From positions 48,360,001 through 48,424,000 of the forward strand of contig CM114271.1 in assembly GCA_050084515.1 (NCBI GenBank): DNA of 64,000 nucleotides, read 5' to 3'. This DNA is from Blasia pusilla (lineage: Eukaryota). Below the pieces are notes generated by a model. It was given only the letters and a program-made list of their open reading frames with translations, was not told where the DNA came from and did no database searches. The translations under genes were made by a program, and so were the position numbers. Within the stretch, counting starts at the first letter, position 1. Every line of letters starts with the position of its first letter. Positions 24,948-38,312 of the stretch are shown here, piece by piece.

Positions 24948-27818
24948 TCAGAAAGTAGGCAGTGGCGTATTGGCAATTTGAGAGGCTTCAGGAGGCGGAA
25001 AAGACGGAGTGCGAATCTTGTATGGAGGTTTGCTGATAGTGGAATGTCGTTGGTAGACACCGTCTTCTAAAATCTCAAGTTGGGAATCACCCTTGACACT
25101 TCGGGGGGTCTTGTATTGAGCAAGAGAGGTGCCTTGGCTGAAGGCGTAGTTCGCGAGCTTGTCGAACGTGCCTATTCGGAGAATCCGCAGTTGCAGAGGT
25201 CCTATGAAATCTCTACTCCGGTCCCTTTTATAGATCTCGCTGAGAGTGGCCTCCAGAATGGTGCAGCATTTCTCCAGCTCGTCATCAGGCAGACACTCCG
25301 GTTCCGAGTTGGAATCCGATGCCGACAGTTCCCAGAAGACCACATAGCATCCCGGCGTTTTCGAAAAATCTACAGTACTCGTGTACTCCAGGAGCCTCGA
25401 GCCCGTGCTCGCCTCAAGCGCGTTGGCAGCTTTGGTCACGCTCGTGTGCAGGTCCTTCTCGTCCGTTTTGTCTGTGTCCACCGAGAGGACAACCCTTTTT
25501 CGCTGCATGAACTGGAAGCATGGGGTCGCATTGTGGGATCCCACCACTTTCAGAACGTCCCCCATCCGATATCGATACAATCCTGTACACGAACGCAGCG
25601 CAGGTCAGCTCTACAAAATCTGGGAAATCCGTGATCCGCTCCAAACTCGGGAGGCAGAGCTTCAATTCAAGGAATTCTCTAGAATCATCCAAGTTATGCT
25701 GTAGAGCAGGATGCGCACAGAGAATGAATGAAGTGAGTTATTAGAGAGAGAAATGATTTAAGAGTATGGGACCCCCCGTAGCTGTTCGCGTTTGTTAGAA
25801 GTTCTCCATAAGCCTAGATTTTCTCCAAGTTCTCAGCCCGCGATCATCCTCAAATCAACCCAGTTCCGCTCACAGTGCGTGACCCCCTTGATGAGAGGAT
25901 TTGAAAAACTTCATGGAGAAAGAGCCAACATCGAAACAATGAACCAGTACATGGGTTGGAGGAAATCTGAAACGGAGCGAGAGAGAAAAGGAATATACCG
26001 GAGACAGTGGTGACGAGGAGCTCGTACTCTTGGCCCAGCTGGAGTCTCGAAAGGGTTAAGGCCTCGTCCTCCTTCGACTCTTCTGTTTGGTCCACCGGAA
26101 TGAACTCGTAAAACGCCACGGTCGGAAGCAGAGTGTAGGCAATTTTTTCTGGGGGACAGATTGGATTCAAGTTGAGCCCAAAGTAACCCTCCGTGGCCCC
26201 ATACAGCTGAGTGCAAATTACGCGCGTGTTGTCGCTGTAGTACGCGAGCATCGGCAAATACGCTTCCATCGAGCCTGTGCACACGGTGTCCAGCAGCTTC
26301 ATGTTCGGCCATAGCCTCTTCAGGATCCCTTCGCTCGTCTTCGAGCACTCGGCTTGGACGACCTCTGCGAGTTCGGGATCGGCCCGGAGCAGGGGCAGCA
26401 CGCTGGATCGCACCCACGGAGTCTGAACTTGCCTCTCGCTCAGCGTGCCGTTCCTAATGTCGTCGCATAACTCCCGCCACTGGACCTCAAGCTTGCGAAT
26501 TGCGCGCACCATCACGGCCGGGAAAATGGAGCCCATGCGCACCACCTCAGTGCGCTGCAGCAGTCCGCACAGCAGGTGACAGTACATAGCCTCCTCGGGA
26601 TCCCGAGCCTCAATGACCTCGTCGGGGCTCGTGAGCCTATACGTCGGATCGAAAGGCCTTTCCTTGAAATCCTTACTTCTAATGAAGCTGGTGACAGCCG
26701 TCTGCTGCACATGCCCGCTCGCTGTCACGATTGTTGGAGATACGAAGTAAAAGAAAAGAGCCTTCGACTTCTCCAGACCCGGAAACTGTCTGCATTTCAT
26801 CCCATCCCATCCCATCCGTCCATAGACTTCTTAGAACCATCAACGGAATTTCTACTCGGTCGTACATATTAAAAATTCGCCTGAGAAGACTGGAAGACTC
26901 CCTCAGTCATTACTAGCGATTCCTCGGGACTGTCAGCTCATTGGCACATTGTGGGAGACCTACATGTGCGGTATCCGTTGTTTTCTACGCCATAGCTCGG
27001 TCAGAAAGGAAGCTGCAACAAAGGTCGCAAGACAGAGGATTAAGAAAAATGCCAGACGGGGAGAAAACTTACCGGTTGAGAACTGGGCGCATGAGGCTCC
27101 ATATCAGTCCTCTCAACCTCAAATCCTGCTCCGTGATGGGAAATAGCTTGCATTCGCCATTAGTAGTGCCGGAACTGTCAGCACAACCCAAAACACGACG
27201 AAACTTTACGTCCGGAGAATCGCACAACAGTCCCATCTTCTCTCATGCATGCTCTCTACTAAGACTCCTCTTGCCAATAATCGATCTCATTCTCTTCACG
27301 AACTAAAGAGAGGGTAACTGGTGACAAACGCTCGCCAAGAGCAGAGAAGGGCATGGCGTGCACCTGGACATAATTTCTTCGATAGGATCTGCACACAGGA
27401 TAGGGGAAGTCTCTCCTTTCATGATGCGGAGAATGGCCGGGCGAATTTCGTCGTAGTCGCTTATGGGCACGCGCTCTCGAAACAAGTCGATATCCGTGGA
27501 GCCATTCAACCCGTACTGCTGCAAGTATTCTGTGTGTGCGTGTTTCTCCAGAATCCCCCGCAGCAATGCGTCCTGCTCGTACTGTGGGTTCTTAGTCACA
27601 TGTTCCAAATACTCATTAAACTTAGCTTCTCTGTCTCGCCATTCCTTGTATTCCGCGGGCTCATCGTCTTCCACAGTTCCTTCTGCCAGCTTCTTCCCCT
27701 CCTGAGAAAGAGAAAGATCTGCTCCACTTGTACTCTCCTCCAACTTCCCAACTCCTCCTTCCTTCTTGAATTTCTGCTCGTGGCACTTCGTGTTCATTTC
27801 CTGATCCATCACTGCCAT
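24948..27818 (-). CDS. GH3: GH3 family acyl-acid amido synthetase; exons 27818-27364, 27174-27073, 26789-25999, 25582-24948 (660 aa)
   Basis: GT-AG junctions give one open frame of 1983 nt. Motifs SSGTTNGECKLFP, LYGATEG, GLYRYRMGD and QYKTPR are present, as is the 102-bp second exon typical of GH3 genes. The start ATG is my best guess. Confidence 0.95.
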
Positions 27819-28130
27819 CTGTTCTTCAACGATTTCCCAGAGAACTCCGAGGAGCACTTCCACCCGATTATCGTGTTATGCTACACGAACGCAAACTGCT
27901 CTCTCCCCTCTTTCGTCTCTCTCGATGCCCGTCGTCCTGCCAGGGAGACTCCAACTCTGTTCCTGATGTCAATTGTTTGATTGGTCTTTTATCACTCCTT
28001 ACCAGTTTTCGGACCTTGCCGGCCCAATTCTCATCCTGCTGCGGAAGGTAGCTTCAAACCGCGGCAGCCCAAATGTACAAGCTGCATCGGCACCGGCACC
28101 GTTCATAAATCCACGCGCGGGGACCGGGGA

Positions 28131-28631
28131 TCCCTTCTAGTGTCGCCAGGGCGGACCGGCGACCCCTTCTAGTGTCGGCAGGTGTCATCTATCCATCGGG
28201 GCCCGAATGTCCGTCATAAGGGTTGGGCGTTCTTCTTAACAATAGCCCATTTACTTTTGAGATAATTGTCAATCGAGATCGGGTTTTATTTAGTTTCCCG
28301 GCTCAAAATTAAATTTCCTGAGAATTCTCTTCAAAAACAGGCGAAACTTTCCACATTCCTGGCTTACTTTCGTTGCTCCGGGAAATTGTCAGGCTAAGAT
28401 AACTAGGGGAACGCTGGTCCGTCACCAGGACTAGGAACCGAGAAATGGAGTTATGAGTTGGGAGCAGAGGATGCGGAGCAGGCCAAGGTTCACGTCACTA
28501 CCGTGTGTCCCAGACTCCCAGTCCGGTCCCAGAGTCCCAGCCGCCTCGCCCTACGGTACGGTAGTCTCTATGCTATGGTCGTGGACTCGTGGCAGTGTCT
28601 GTCGGCTCACATGCGGCACGTGACCCACGTG
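28131..28631 (-). promoter_or_regulatory. Putative GH3 promoter elements: TGTCGG AuxRE-type sites and tandem G-boxes
   Basis: TGTCGG at 28173-28178 (inside a duplicated cccttctagtgtcg unit) and at 28600-28605; CACGTG at 28617-28622 and 28626-28631. Confidence 0.4.
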
Positions 28632-29374
28632 CGTTTCAATCCTCCCTGCCGCCGCCATCGCTCTTGTCCACTTCTTCCTTTCCGTCCTACGAGTGCCTAG
28701 AACCGGCCTTCTTTGTAACGCCAGCCGGTAGAATTTAAGACTTTCTGATCAGACAATCAAAAGTTCGGGAAAATCCCGACCCGAAAATTTTCTTCGTAAA
28801 AATGAAAAAACCCGCCATATGTGGGAACTCCTCATCAGACCCCAATGTATATCACCCCATCGACAGTCGGGGAAAAACCGACGCGCTCGGAAAATCTATG
28901 CGCCTCCCGTTGCCGTCCCCGACGACGAATCTCTGCATCAGCTCGGGAAATAATTAAGACTTTCCATGGCCCTAAAACATGTAAGTACTAATAGGACCTC
29001 TAAAATACCCGTGTCATGTACGGATTCCAATTAAGGGGAATTTAAACACATGTATAAAAAATTATTAAAAAATGACATCCTTATATTTTAAACTTCAGAT
29101 TAGTTTAAAATATAGAAGGGGGGGCTTACTTATGTTGGGTAGTTATTTTTTCACAATAAGTGAAGCCTATGGGGAACTAGTCATCCTAATTATCCTTCTT
29201 CCTTTTCTGGTCGTGTTGTGGCCTTCAGGTTTTGATTCTTTGAGTCCCCCTCTTTTGTACTTCCGATGGGTTTTCCATCACTCGTTTTTATCGAAGTGCA
29301 TCTTTCTTTTTACTAATTATGCTCTTGAAGGAAAAAGTTGAAAAACTATCTAATTACAAGAGAAACTCGGGGCA

Positions 29375-29595
29375 TTTTTCGGGTTTTGAGTGTTTAGGTT
29401 TAAAATTTGGGGTTTATGGTTTAGACTTAGTGTTTAGGGTTTATGACTTTGACTTAGGCTTATGATTTAGGGTTTTTGGCATAGACTTAGGGTTTAGGAT
29501 ATATGACTTAGGGCCCAAGGTTTATGACTTTAGGGTATTGAGTGTTTAGACTTAGGATTTAGGGTTTAGGGTGTATGGTTTGAGTTTTAGGACTT
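29375..29595 (+). repeat. Degenerate interstitial plant telomere-like (TTTAGGG) array
   Basis: Repeated tttaggg, tttatgg and acttaggg variants. Confidence 0.8.
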
Positions 29596-30209
29596 ACCCG
29601 TAATGTAGTTATTCTAGGTTGAATATTGAAAATTGGGCATATTGTTCAATATTTATAATGGCCAACGAATTAATAGGATTATATATTGTAAGGTTGTATA
29701 ATGATTTGGGATTAACATAGATTCAAAGAATGAAAGCTTCAACACAACTATTTATTCCATAATCTCATACTATATCTAAATTTATAATTATTTGAATAAA
29801 AATATATATAAATTCTCCTAGAAATTTCATGTGGTCCATGGCATTAATTATACCAAGAAAATGGTACTTATATTGAATTTCAAGTATAACTATAATGTCA
29901 CTAAGTTGAACGCACTTTATATGATAAAGGTCATGAACCTTAACAACATTATATTAAATTGTAATCAAGGTTGAGTAATGGTGTTCCTGTCAATAAACTC
30001 AATCTTCTCGTACTTAGTTAGCGCCAAAGGTTATTCTAGACTTTACAAAATTAGCCACATTAGTGGGGATACTCACTAGTCTTTCCTCCACTGCATATGT
30101 TGAATTAGCAAAAGATGCTATAACTGAGTCAGGTGGATACAACATTGGTTTTTCACTAACATTCTTCTCTCATTTCTTTACATCCCAATGTAAAAAAATG
30201 GAAGAACTA

Positions 30210-32518
30210 CCTACTCTATGTACATCTAGGACACATCCATTATCCCTGAGGAACCCTAGTGAGATGTGGCGTCAAACATGCCATATGCCATCATCTCAAA
30301 CATCCATCATAGACTAGCATAGTGGCTGCACCACGGGCGGAACCACACAACATACACCGCAAGCCTGCAGGAACTATTGCTAAGCTCGGATCAACTGTAC
30401 CGTCAATTTTTTTGAAGATGACATGGCGCACAGTTACGCACATGGTCCTTCCAAACCATACCATGGCATCCCTCCAATATGAGAACACTGGATGGCAAAA
30501 CCTCACGCACTCTCAAGATGGTGCGCCCTGCAGTCTCATCCAAGTTCGTGGGTGCCGTCTGCTGCAAGTACACATAGTCTCCCTAATGAAACCTCCAGAT
30601 AATAGGTCGATAACCACCTCCCTGAATAGTCGCATACCTCAACATATCCCGAAGATGCGCAATTTCCAAGTTCTCAAAGGCCATGGGCATCACTCTCCAA
30701 AACAACTCAGCCCTCTGAGAATATGTTTGCATCCATACATCACGGTCATCAAGGCTCAACACCTCACCAACATCTCGACGAATGGCCGCAGGTAAATCTG
30801 GCTCTCGGCCATGAAGCAACAAGTACGGTGAGAAAGACGCTAAGGATGCCTCCCTGCTAAATCTGTATCCCATCGCCAACCACGGCAACCGAAGGTTCCA
30901 ATCTCCTAGGTGACCTCTTTGCAAGCCATACTTGCGCAGTCCTCTCTTCACCGTCTACACAACTCGCTCCGCTAGTCCATCCGGCTCAGGATGATCTCGC
31001 AAAGTAGTGCAGTGGTCAATCAGTGCCTGATCACACAAGGCCTAAAATCTCCCGCGGAACTCTGTACTTGGTCTGTCAACACCTCAGCCAGTGCGCTATA
31101 ATGACTCATTACTCGATCTAGGAAGGCATACGCTACTCCCTCACTCACTTTGTCAAGCAATGCAACCAACTCTATCCACTTTGAGAAGTTCTCGACCATC
31201 ACCAACACATAATGACTATGGCGCTCCGTCAAAGGAAAAGGTCTTGCAAAATCCAAACTCCATCTATAACCTAAACCCATCATCATAAGTGGATGCAACT
31301 GTGGAGTCGGAGCATTGAACAATGCTGGGACTCAATCACACACCATGCATCTGGCAATAAACTGTTGAACGTCAGTCAGCATGCCTCGCCACCAATACTG
31401 AATCTGGAGCAAGTTGTACATCCGCTTCACTCCAAAATTACCCAACTCCTCGTGGGCATGACGCACCAAACGTGCTCTCTGCAAAGGATGAGGCACTACA
31501 CGCACTCTACCATCCTCCCGCACTCGCAACCCATGTGTGCCCTCCCACCGGAACCGTCTGGCTCGCTGTAGGATCCGATCCCGCTCTCTAGTATCCACTC
31601 TGCTCGCAACGCTACCAATACGTAAGTACTCCAAGACCACTCCATCGTCGTGAATGTCTCGGCCACCTGACGTCTCCTTACCAGCCTCTAAATCTAAGGA
31701 CTCTCTATCAGACCTTGCCATCAAAGTCTGAGCAATTTGTCTCTCCATAGCCAACAAGCCCAAATAGGCTGACGCATGCCATCCTGGAACCAACTCCTCA
31801 TCACTCTTACCATGCCAAGGAGCTCCAATCGCATCTTGCTGACTCGGGCATGGGTTACGGTTCAAACCATCTACATCTTGGTTGAGCATCCTAGGTCTAT
31901 GCACCACTTGGAAGTCATACTCCTGCAACAAAAGAGCCCACCTCATAAGCTTACATGTATAGCTTGTCAGACTCCATCAACCACTTAAGTGGTTGATGAT
32001 CAGTAATGATGGTAAAGGGATTGCCGAAAAGATAACATCTCAAATGTGCCACAACCCACAGTGCAGCCAAACACTCACTCTCATAAGAGCCATACTTTGC
32101 CTCTGCAGCGTTGTTTGAGTGACTAGCGTAAGCCACCATGAACTCTCTACCATCATCGTCATGTTGGGTGAGCACTGCTCCAAGCCCCAATATGCTCCCA
32201 TTGGTATGCAACTGGAAAGGACACCCCCTGATCGGTCTCCTCAATATGGGCACGGACGTCAATCTGTCCTTGAGCATCTGAAATGCTCTCTCTTGCTCAT
32301 CCCCCCAGTGCCACTCCTGATCCACCTTGGTCAGCAAGGTTAGCGGCTTCGCAATCGAAGTGAAACCCTTAACGTACCGTCGATAGAAGCTCGCCAATCC
32401 CACGAATGCATGAACTCGACTCACATCTGTAGGGCGTGAAATGCGTGATATAGCCTCTACCTTTGTCTGTTGCACACCAAAGCCCCCTGGGTATATCGTA
32501 TGACCCAAGTACTCAATC
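30210..32518 (-). mobile_element. Gypsy copy B fragment (end of RT, RNase H, integrase, PHD)
   Basis: VAYASHSNN, TDHQPLKWL, HEELG..YWW..C..C, MVENFSKWIE, CMLCGSARGAATMLVYDGCLR; closely similar to copy A. Confidence 0.9.
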
Positions 32519-32589
32519 TTACATCACTTTGTCTCTTGACTATTTTCTTGCTAAAAACCACCATCTTTCTCCAAAGCCCAACATGTCCA

Positions 32590-33160
32590 ATCCACAAAAT
32601 ATGATCTTTGAGTGCAGTGCCTAGTGTAGGGTCAAGTTCATGGTCAAGGCAATAGATCATCAAACGTGTCTAATCATGTGGTGTGTGATGCCAAGCTACT
32701 CTCTCACTAGCATATCCACATTTTTGAATATCCTTAGGAAAACCAATATGCCATGTAGTTGGACATCTCAAACACTGAATGGCATCATGTGCCAAATGTT
32801 CATCAACATGCTCTTGCTTGCATGTCACTCATCTATGGAGTGGGCAAGATGTGGCATGATAGGGCAAGCATGCGTAACAGTAAAATCTCACGCAATATGG
32901 ACGAGGGCATTTCCTGATGATATTGGAATATATAGGATAGACATGGCGGCACTTGAGACATATTGCTCTCTCTGTTTCACACTCGGGACAATACCAACGA
33001 TCGTGCATTTTCTCTAGTGGAATAACTACAATAGGGCATGAACCAACTGTCTTGCCAACATCGTGAACAAAATGAAATGGGCGATGGCAAGGCCCATCAT
33101 AGATAACCAAATCTCCATGAAAATCACATATGGAAAAAATATATGGGCTACATTGTTTTA
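32590..33160 (-). pseudogene. EDM2-like tandem PHD-finger fragment
   Basis: One frame with two stops: SICDFHGDLVIYDGPCHRPFH...WYCPECE...CLKC...CPRPYCVRFY...CPLHR*VTC...CLRCPTTWH...MIYCLDHELDPTLGTALKDHI. This mirrors the EDM2 PHD array and its LIYC..HE.D..L.T..DH tail as I recall them. Confidence 0.65.
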
Positions 33161-33638
33161 ACTCTAAGTCTGAAAACCTAGAAATGAGAGGAACTTCTTC
33201 AAAAGAAGAGGATCCCTTCTCGTTACAAAACTTCATTGAGTGAGGGTTATTCATGCATTTTTGTTTCTTCCTAGGTATTGTGCATGCTGAATATAAAACA
33301 AACAACATGAAATAGTTATTGAGATGAATATTTTATCCAATAGATTAATAAGCATATATGGAATATTAGCCATAAAACTCATGAATGTCCTTTACGTGCT
33401 ATACCAATCTACTATTCATTAAAAAATTTATGTATGTACTACAAACATGTTCCTTGGATGTCAAGATTCTAGGGGAGAAAGTCTTGGGATAGGCTTGACT
33501 TGGGGGAGTGGAGCTGTGAGGATTCAGATGCGCTTTGATTTCATCACATCGACATGACCTCTCAAAGTGGATTTTGGATGGAAATCTCACTTCTCTCAAA
33601 ATCAACACTCGGGGAGCCTCGCATCCCCCATAGTTGTC

Positions 33639-33800
<162 letters not shown>

Positions 33801-34199
33801 TTATAGTTTTAGAGAAGCTATGAAACTAAAAAATTCTTTTTTACAAACAACCAAGAAACTTGCGTCTACTGTAGAGCGTGAGCTAAAGGGGAATTCAATT
33901 AAGTGACACTGACTGAGAGGAGGCAACACCAAACCAAATGCTACGGAAAGATGGTCTGAGCTTGAAATTTAGTGGGAAGTCCTACACTTAATTGTTATCC
34001 TTTCTACTTGAGACTCATGTTCTTGTGGCATTGGAAGCTGAGGCCACAAAATGGGAATGAGATAGGAACTGCGAGAATCCTTGAAAGGTGAAAGCTTCCA
34101 CTAAGATGGCGGCCCTGATAACCATGAGCCTTGCTCTCCCAATATCTTCTCGGCAATTTCGGCCATTGAAAACATAACTTTGCATGTGAATCTCAGCAA

Positions 34200-34300
<101 letters not shown>

Positions 34301-35977
34301 ATTCCAATCAAGTAAAGTAGATGGTGAATAGATTCTTGATTGATCCTTGAAAGCGCCGCACAAACTTTCCAGCTTGGACTCGTTGCCAATAAAGTGAGCC
34401 CCCGAGGATACAGATCCCTAACCTTCAATAGGAAGACTTATTAACAAAGAAAATTTTAGCCTATGGATCACTTCCGAAGGGAAGAAACCACCCAACATAA
34501 AAGTGTTTCCTGTGGTCCCATTTTGGACTACTTTTCAAGGTTTAGCTCTATGCTTTTGTCGTCGATGACATTGTGTACAACGCGCTCATGAAGTTTGCGC
34601 GCTCTCAGGAGGATTTCAAAAATATGGGATTAATTCAATTGAGTCTCTTTCATGTGTAGATTGACCAAAACTAACTAGTTTACATAGTGTGACATTGTCA
34701 AATGATCCCATTAGGTTTGACGAGATATCATTCCTTCACCGACTTGTTTTCTCTTGCATCAAATTATGATCGTTGTACAATGAGATTTAGCTCTGATTCC
34801 CTCCAAACTTCAGAAGCCATGGTGAGGATATAGCCTTCACTAGCAGTCAAAGTCCATAACTTTGAGGTCTCACAATTGCCCTCAAACGGACGCGTATTTG
34901 TTTTACAAAAGACAAACATTACACCATCAAACTATCTACCCTTTTAAACACCTAAAATATGGACCAACGATTCTGACAATGTGGAGCTTGCCGTCATCCT
35001 CTAGTGTTGCACTAGACTTGAAACAAATCTACTCTACGCCTTTCTTGCTATATGAAGGCTTCTCGATTCATAAATTTTTTAGCACAATCATTGGAACACC
35101 TGGCTAGCGGTAATCTTGACATCAATCTTGGTAGCATGGAAGGAAAAGTGACTATGTGCATCTGGTTCTCCTCCACCATCACAAGATCTGTGAGCACCCA
35201 AGCCGCGTAGTGTTGCGTGCTCTCCGAAAGATCCTTTGCAAGCTGTCCCACCACAAGGCATTTTTTTAATCTTTTCTCTCTGTAGATTCAATTCATCCCT
35301 CCCTCTCTGTCCTCTCTCTCTGTGACTTTCAGAAGCATAGTTGCGAAGCCCTTTCAAGTGCACCCTCTCTCTAAATCAATTATATTCTATTTATCTCTCT
35401 CCCGTTATCAAAATCCAAAGCCTTTATGGATCCTATCTGTCTCTCTCTCACTCTTTCTCTCTATTTTTGTAACCCACCGGATCCTTTAGCGTCTTTCTCT
35501 CTTCTCCGCATTAATTCAATTTGTCTATCTTCATCTGATTCTATTTCCAAATCGGATGTCCCCAAGCTTAGAAGCTAAAATTTTGTCTTGAAATTTGATG
35601 GTGCGCGTATAGGCGTTGCAACATCCCTTGAGAAAATATCTCTCGTATAACAATCTTGAGCATGGGCAAAATATATTCCAAATTTCAGACTTGCAGCTTC
35701 AAAGCAAGAACAAATGCAATCAATGCAACAAAAATAGCACAAAAAAAAAGAGAAACATACAAGAATATGTGGAGATAAGCTCTGGCGCCCTTAGATGCTT
35801 CATTCTTGATTGCAAAGCGCCATCGGAGCCATAGAATTACAAGATGCTCACTTGCAAAAATTGTGGAAATCGCCCACGCCCTCGGTATTAAAAGCTCAAA
35901 ATATCAACAACGCAATGGCGCGCTTTAGACATGGCCACCACACTCTCGGATCGCAACGAGAGGCCTAATATTTGAAG

Positions 35978-35980
<3 letters not shown>

Positions 35981-36064
<84 letters not shown>
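35981..36064. repeat. (GA)n microsatellite
   Basis: Read directly from the sequence. Confidence 0.99.
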
Positions 36065-36068
<4 letters not shown>

Positions 36069-36599
36069 TGAATGAATAGATTTATTGTCCACGGGGACCC
36101 CACAGGGCCATGGGACTTAGTTTTGACACTTAACAACAAATTTGGAGAGAGAGCAAGCACCAGCGAGGGCCTAAGGGGTCTTCAGAGCCAGGTGAGTGTC
36201 CCTGGTCTTCACACAACTTTGCAAGAATTTTGCAATCTGAGTCTGATTCTGCCTAGTCATGAACAAGAGGACCCTGGGAGCTCGGTGAACAAAGAGATCC
36301 GGGAAGTCAAGCCTAATATGATCGTGAAAGGTGCAGTCGAAGAGGTAGTGATGTTCATCATCAACAAGCCCCGAGTTGCAAAATCTACATAACTCCCTCT
36401 TTTCTTCTGTGAGAATTTTCCTTTCTCAATCTTCAGGTCAGTAGAGCCACATCTGAATCTCGCTGGGGCCCCACACTTCAGATGCATAGAGTGTGGCTGG
36501 GATCACCAGAGCTTTGAAGAGATGGAGTTTCGTGGAATATGCCGAGTTCCATTCTTCTACAATTGGATTGTAGCAGTGTAGACCCTCAAGCCTGCATTG

Positions 36600-38312
36600 A
36601 TCTTGTTACGACTCCCATTAGCTCTCCATTGGTTGTTGGGTTTGAGTTGCACCCCCTGTATATGTACTCACCCACAATCTCAATGATCTCCCTTCTCATT
36701 CCCTGGTGAAGGTGAAAGTGTGTCGCTTGCGCCAGTAGGGGAGTGTGATCCAAAGATGATTATCTTCGTTTTCAGCAAGTTGACTTCCATGCCCGATTTG
36801 TTGCAGAAGCTTGAAAGTACATTCAGGTAAAGTTGTTTCCTTCCTCTGGATCAAGGTCAACAAAGAAGTGGGGTTACCGAAAGATCTCCTCATTGCTGTT
36901 TGCTACTTCAGTCCCATTGTGCTCAAAAGAGAATTCCCGTATGAGGCTCTCTCTATATCTATTGAGCACCACATGCACAAGGGAAATATCCTCCTAGTAG
37001 GAGATTTCAACGGGAGAATGGTCAACACTCAAGCTCCAGTCTACATGTCAAACAACACCAACGTGGAAGGGATTGATACTCAGTCGGCTGATGGGTCTCT
37101 CAGAGAAGTATTCTTCCCACACATGCAGCGCAAATCAGTGGACAAGGAAAAAACAGCCAATGGAGAGAAACTTCTCCAACTTTGCTCATCACATTGTTTG
37201 GTACTCGCCAATGGCATGGCTATGTGGCCATAGTCAGGAGGTCGCACTTCCATTGGACACTCTGACTCCAACAGAGAAACCTCGACATCAATGGTTGACT
37301 ACCTGATTTGGGAAGTACATCAACTACCACATCTGGTTGCCAATGTGCGGGTCATACCCGTTCTAGAATCTGATCATGAACCACTCTACTTTGACATCAT
37401 GGTCTCCAAAACCATCCCACAGGCTGCAGAAAAATTAACCCTACCGTCCAAATGTCGATACACTTTCCTTCGGAAAAGAAAGATGAACTCATCACACTCG
37501 TCAACAAGGCTCTTAGAGTGCTCACCCACGATGAACACGATCGAGTTGATGACATCCTGCATCAATGTTGCAGAAAAGTCATACCTTTCCAAGCCTGCGA
37601 GGCAAACACATTAGATCCACTTCTACGTTCTTCTCCCAACCCTGGTTTGACAAGGATCGCAAAGAGGCCCGCAGGAGCTGAATCACCGGTGAGGAGGATC
37701 CACACTCTCCACACACTCGATTGCTGCAGAAAACTTACAAACGATTGGTACGTAGGAAGAAACACAAATACATTGCCATCAAGATCACTGAGTTCACACT
37801 TGAGATGAAATACCAATCGGCCAAATTCTGGAGAATACTCGGGAATAGACAGAACATCATTCCACTCCAGGATCTACAGATCTGGACCAAATATGGTACC
37901 CAACTTTTACCACTCCAACACTGCCGCTCCCCACCGACCCTGGACAAATGGGCTTCGGGATCTACCGGACCTCTTCACCATTGACGATGTCACATCAGGA
38001 ATCAAAAGGCTACATAACAAACCAGAGGATGGCCAGGGTGCCAGGTTCAAATGTTCAAATTCGCAAGTGAGGCAATTGGCCCAACCTCACGAATGTTCAA
38101 TATTGCATTCAACAGGGGCTTCCCACCGAATGGCAAATGAATACGATCTACCCACTCTTCAAGGTGGAGACCCAATGATACCATCCAACTACAGAACGAT
38201 CATGGTGAGCTCCCTCATGGCCAAGTTGTATGGGCTATTGCTGGAAAGGAAAATCAGCGACTGGGCTGAAGAAAAGAAGGTGCGAGCCAGAGGACAAGGA
38301 GGTTTCCAACCC
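36600..38312 (+). mobile_element. LINE fragment (APE endonuclease plus N-terminal RT), 3'-truncated
   Basis: ILLVGDFNGR, NGEKLLQLC...LANG, VDYLIW, SDHEPL, then NYRTIMVSSLMAKLY and GQGGFQP. Homology ends at ~38312. Confidence 0.85.

Noticed and set aside
25080-27980. Long + strand ORFs overlapping GH3
   Set aside because: These are antisense shadows of GC-rich GH3 exons.
35048-35254. ARM-repeat-like peptide (TQHYAAWVLTDLVMVEENQMHI)
   Set aside because: A single short repeat with no gene context; too weak to call.
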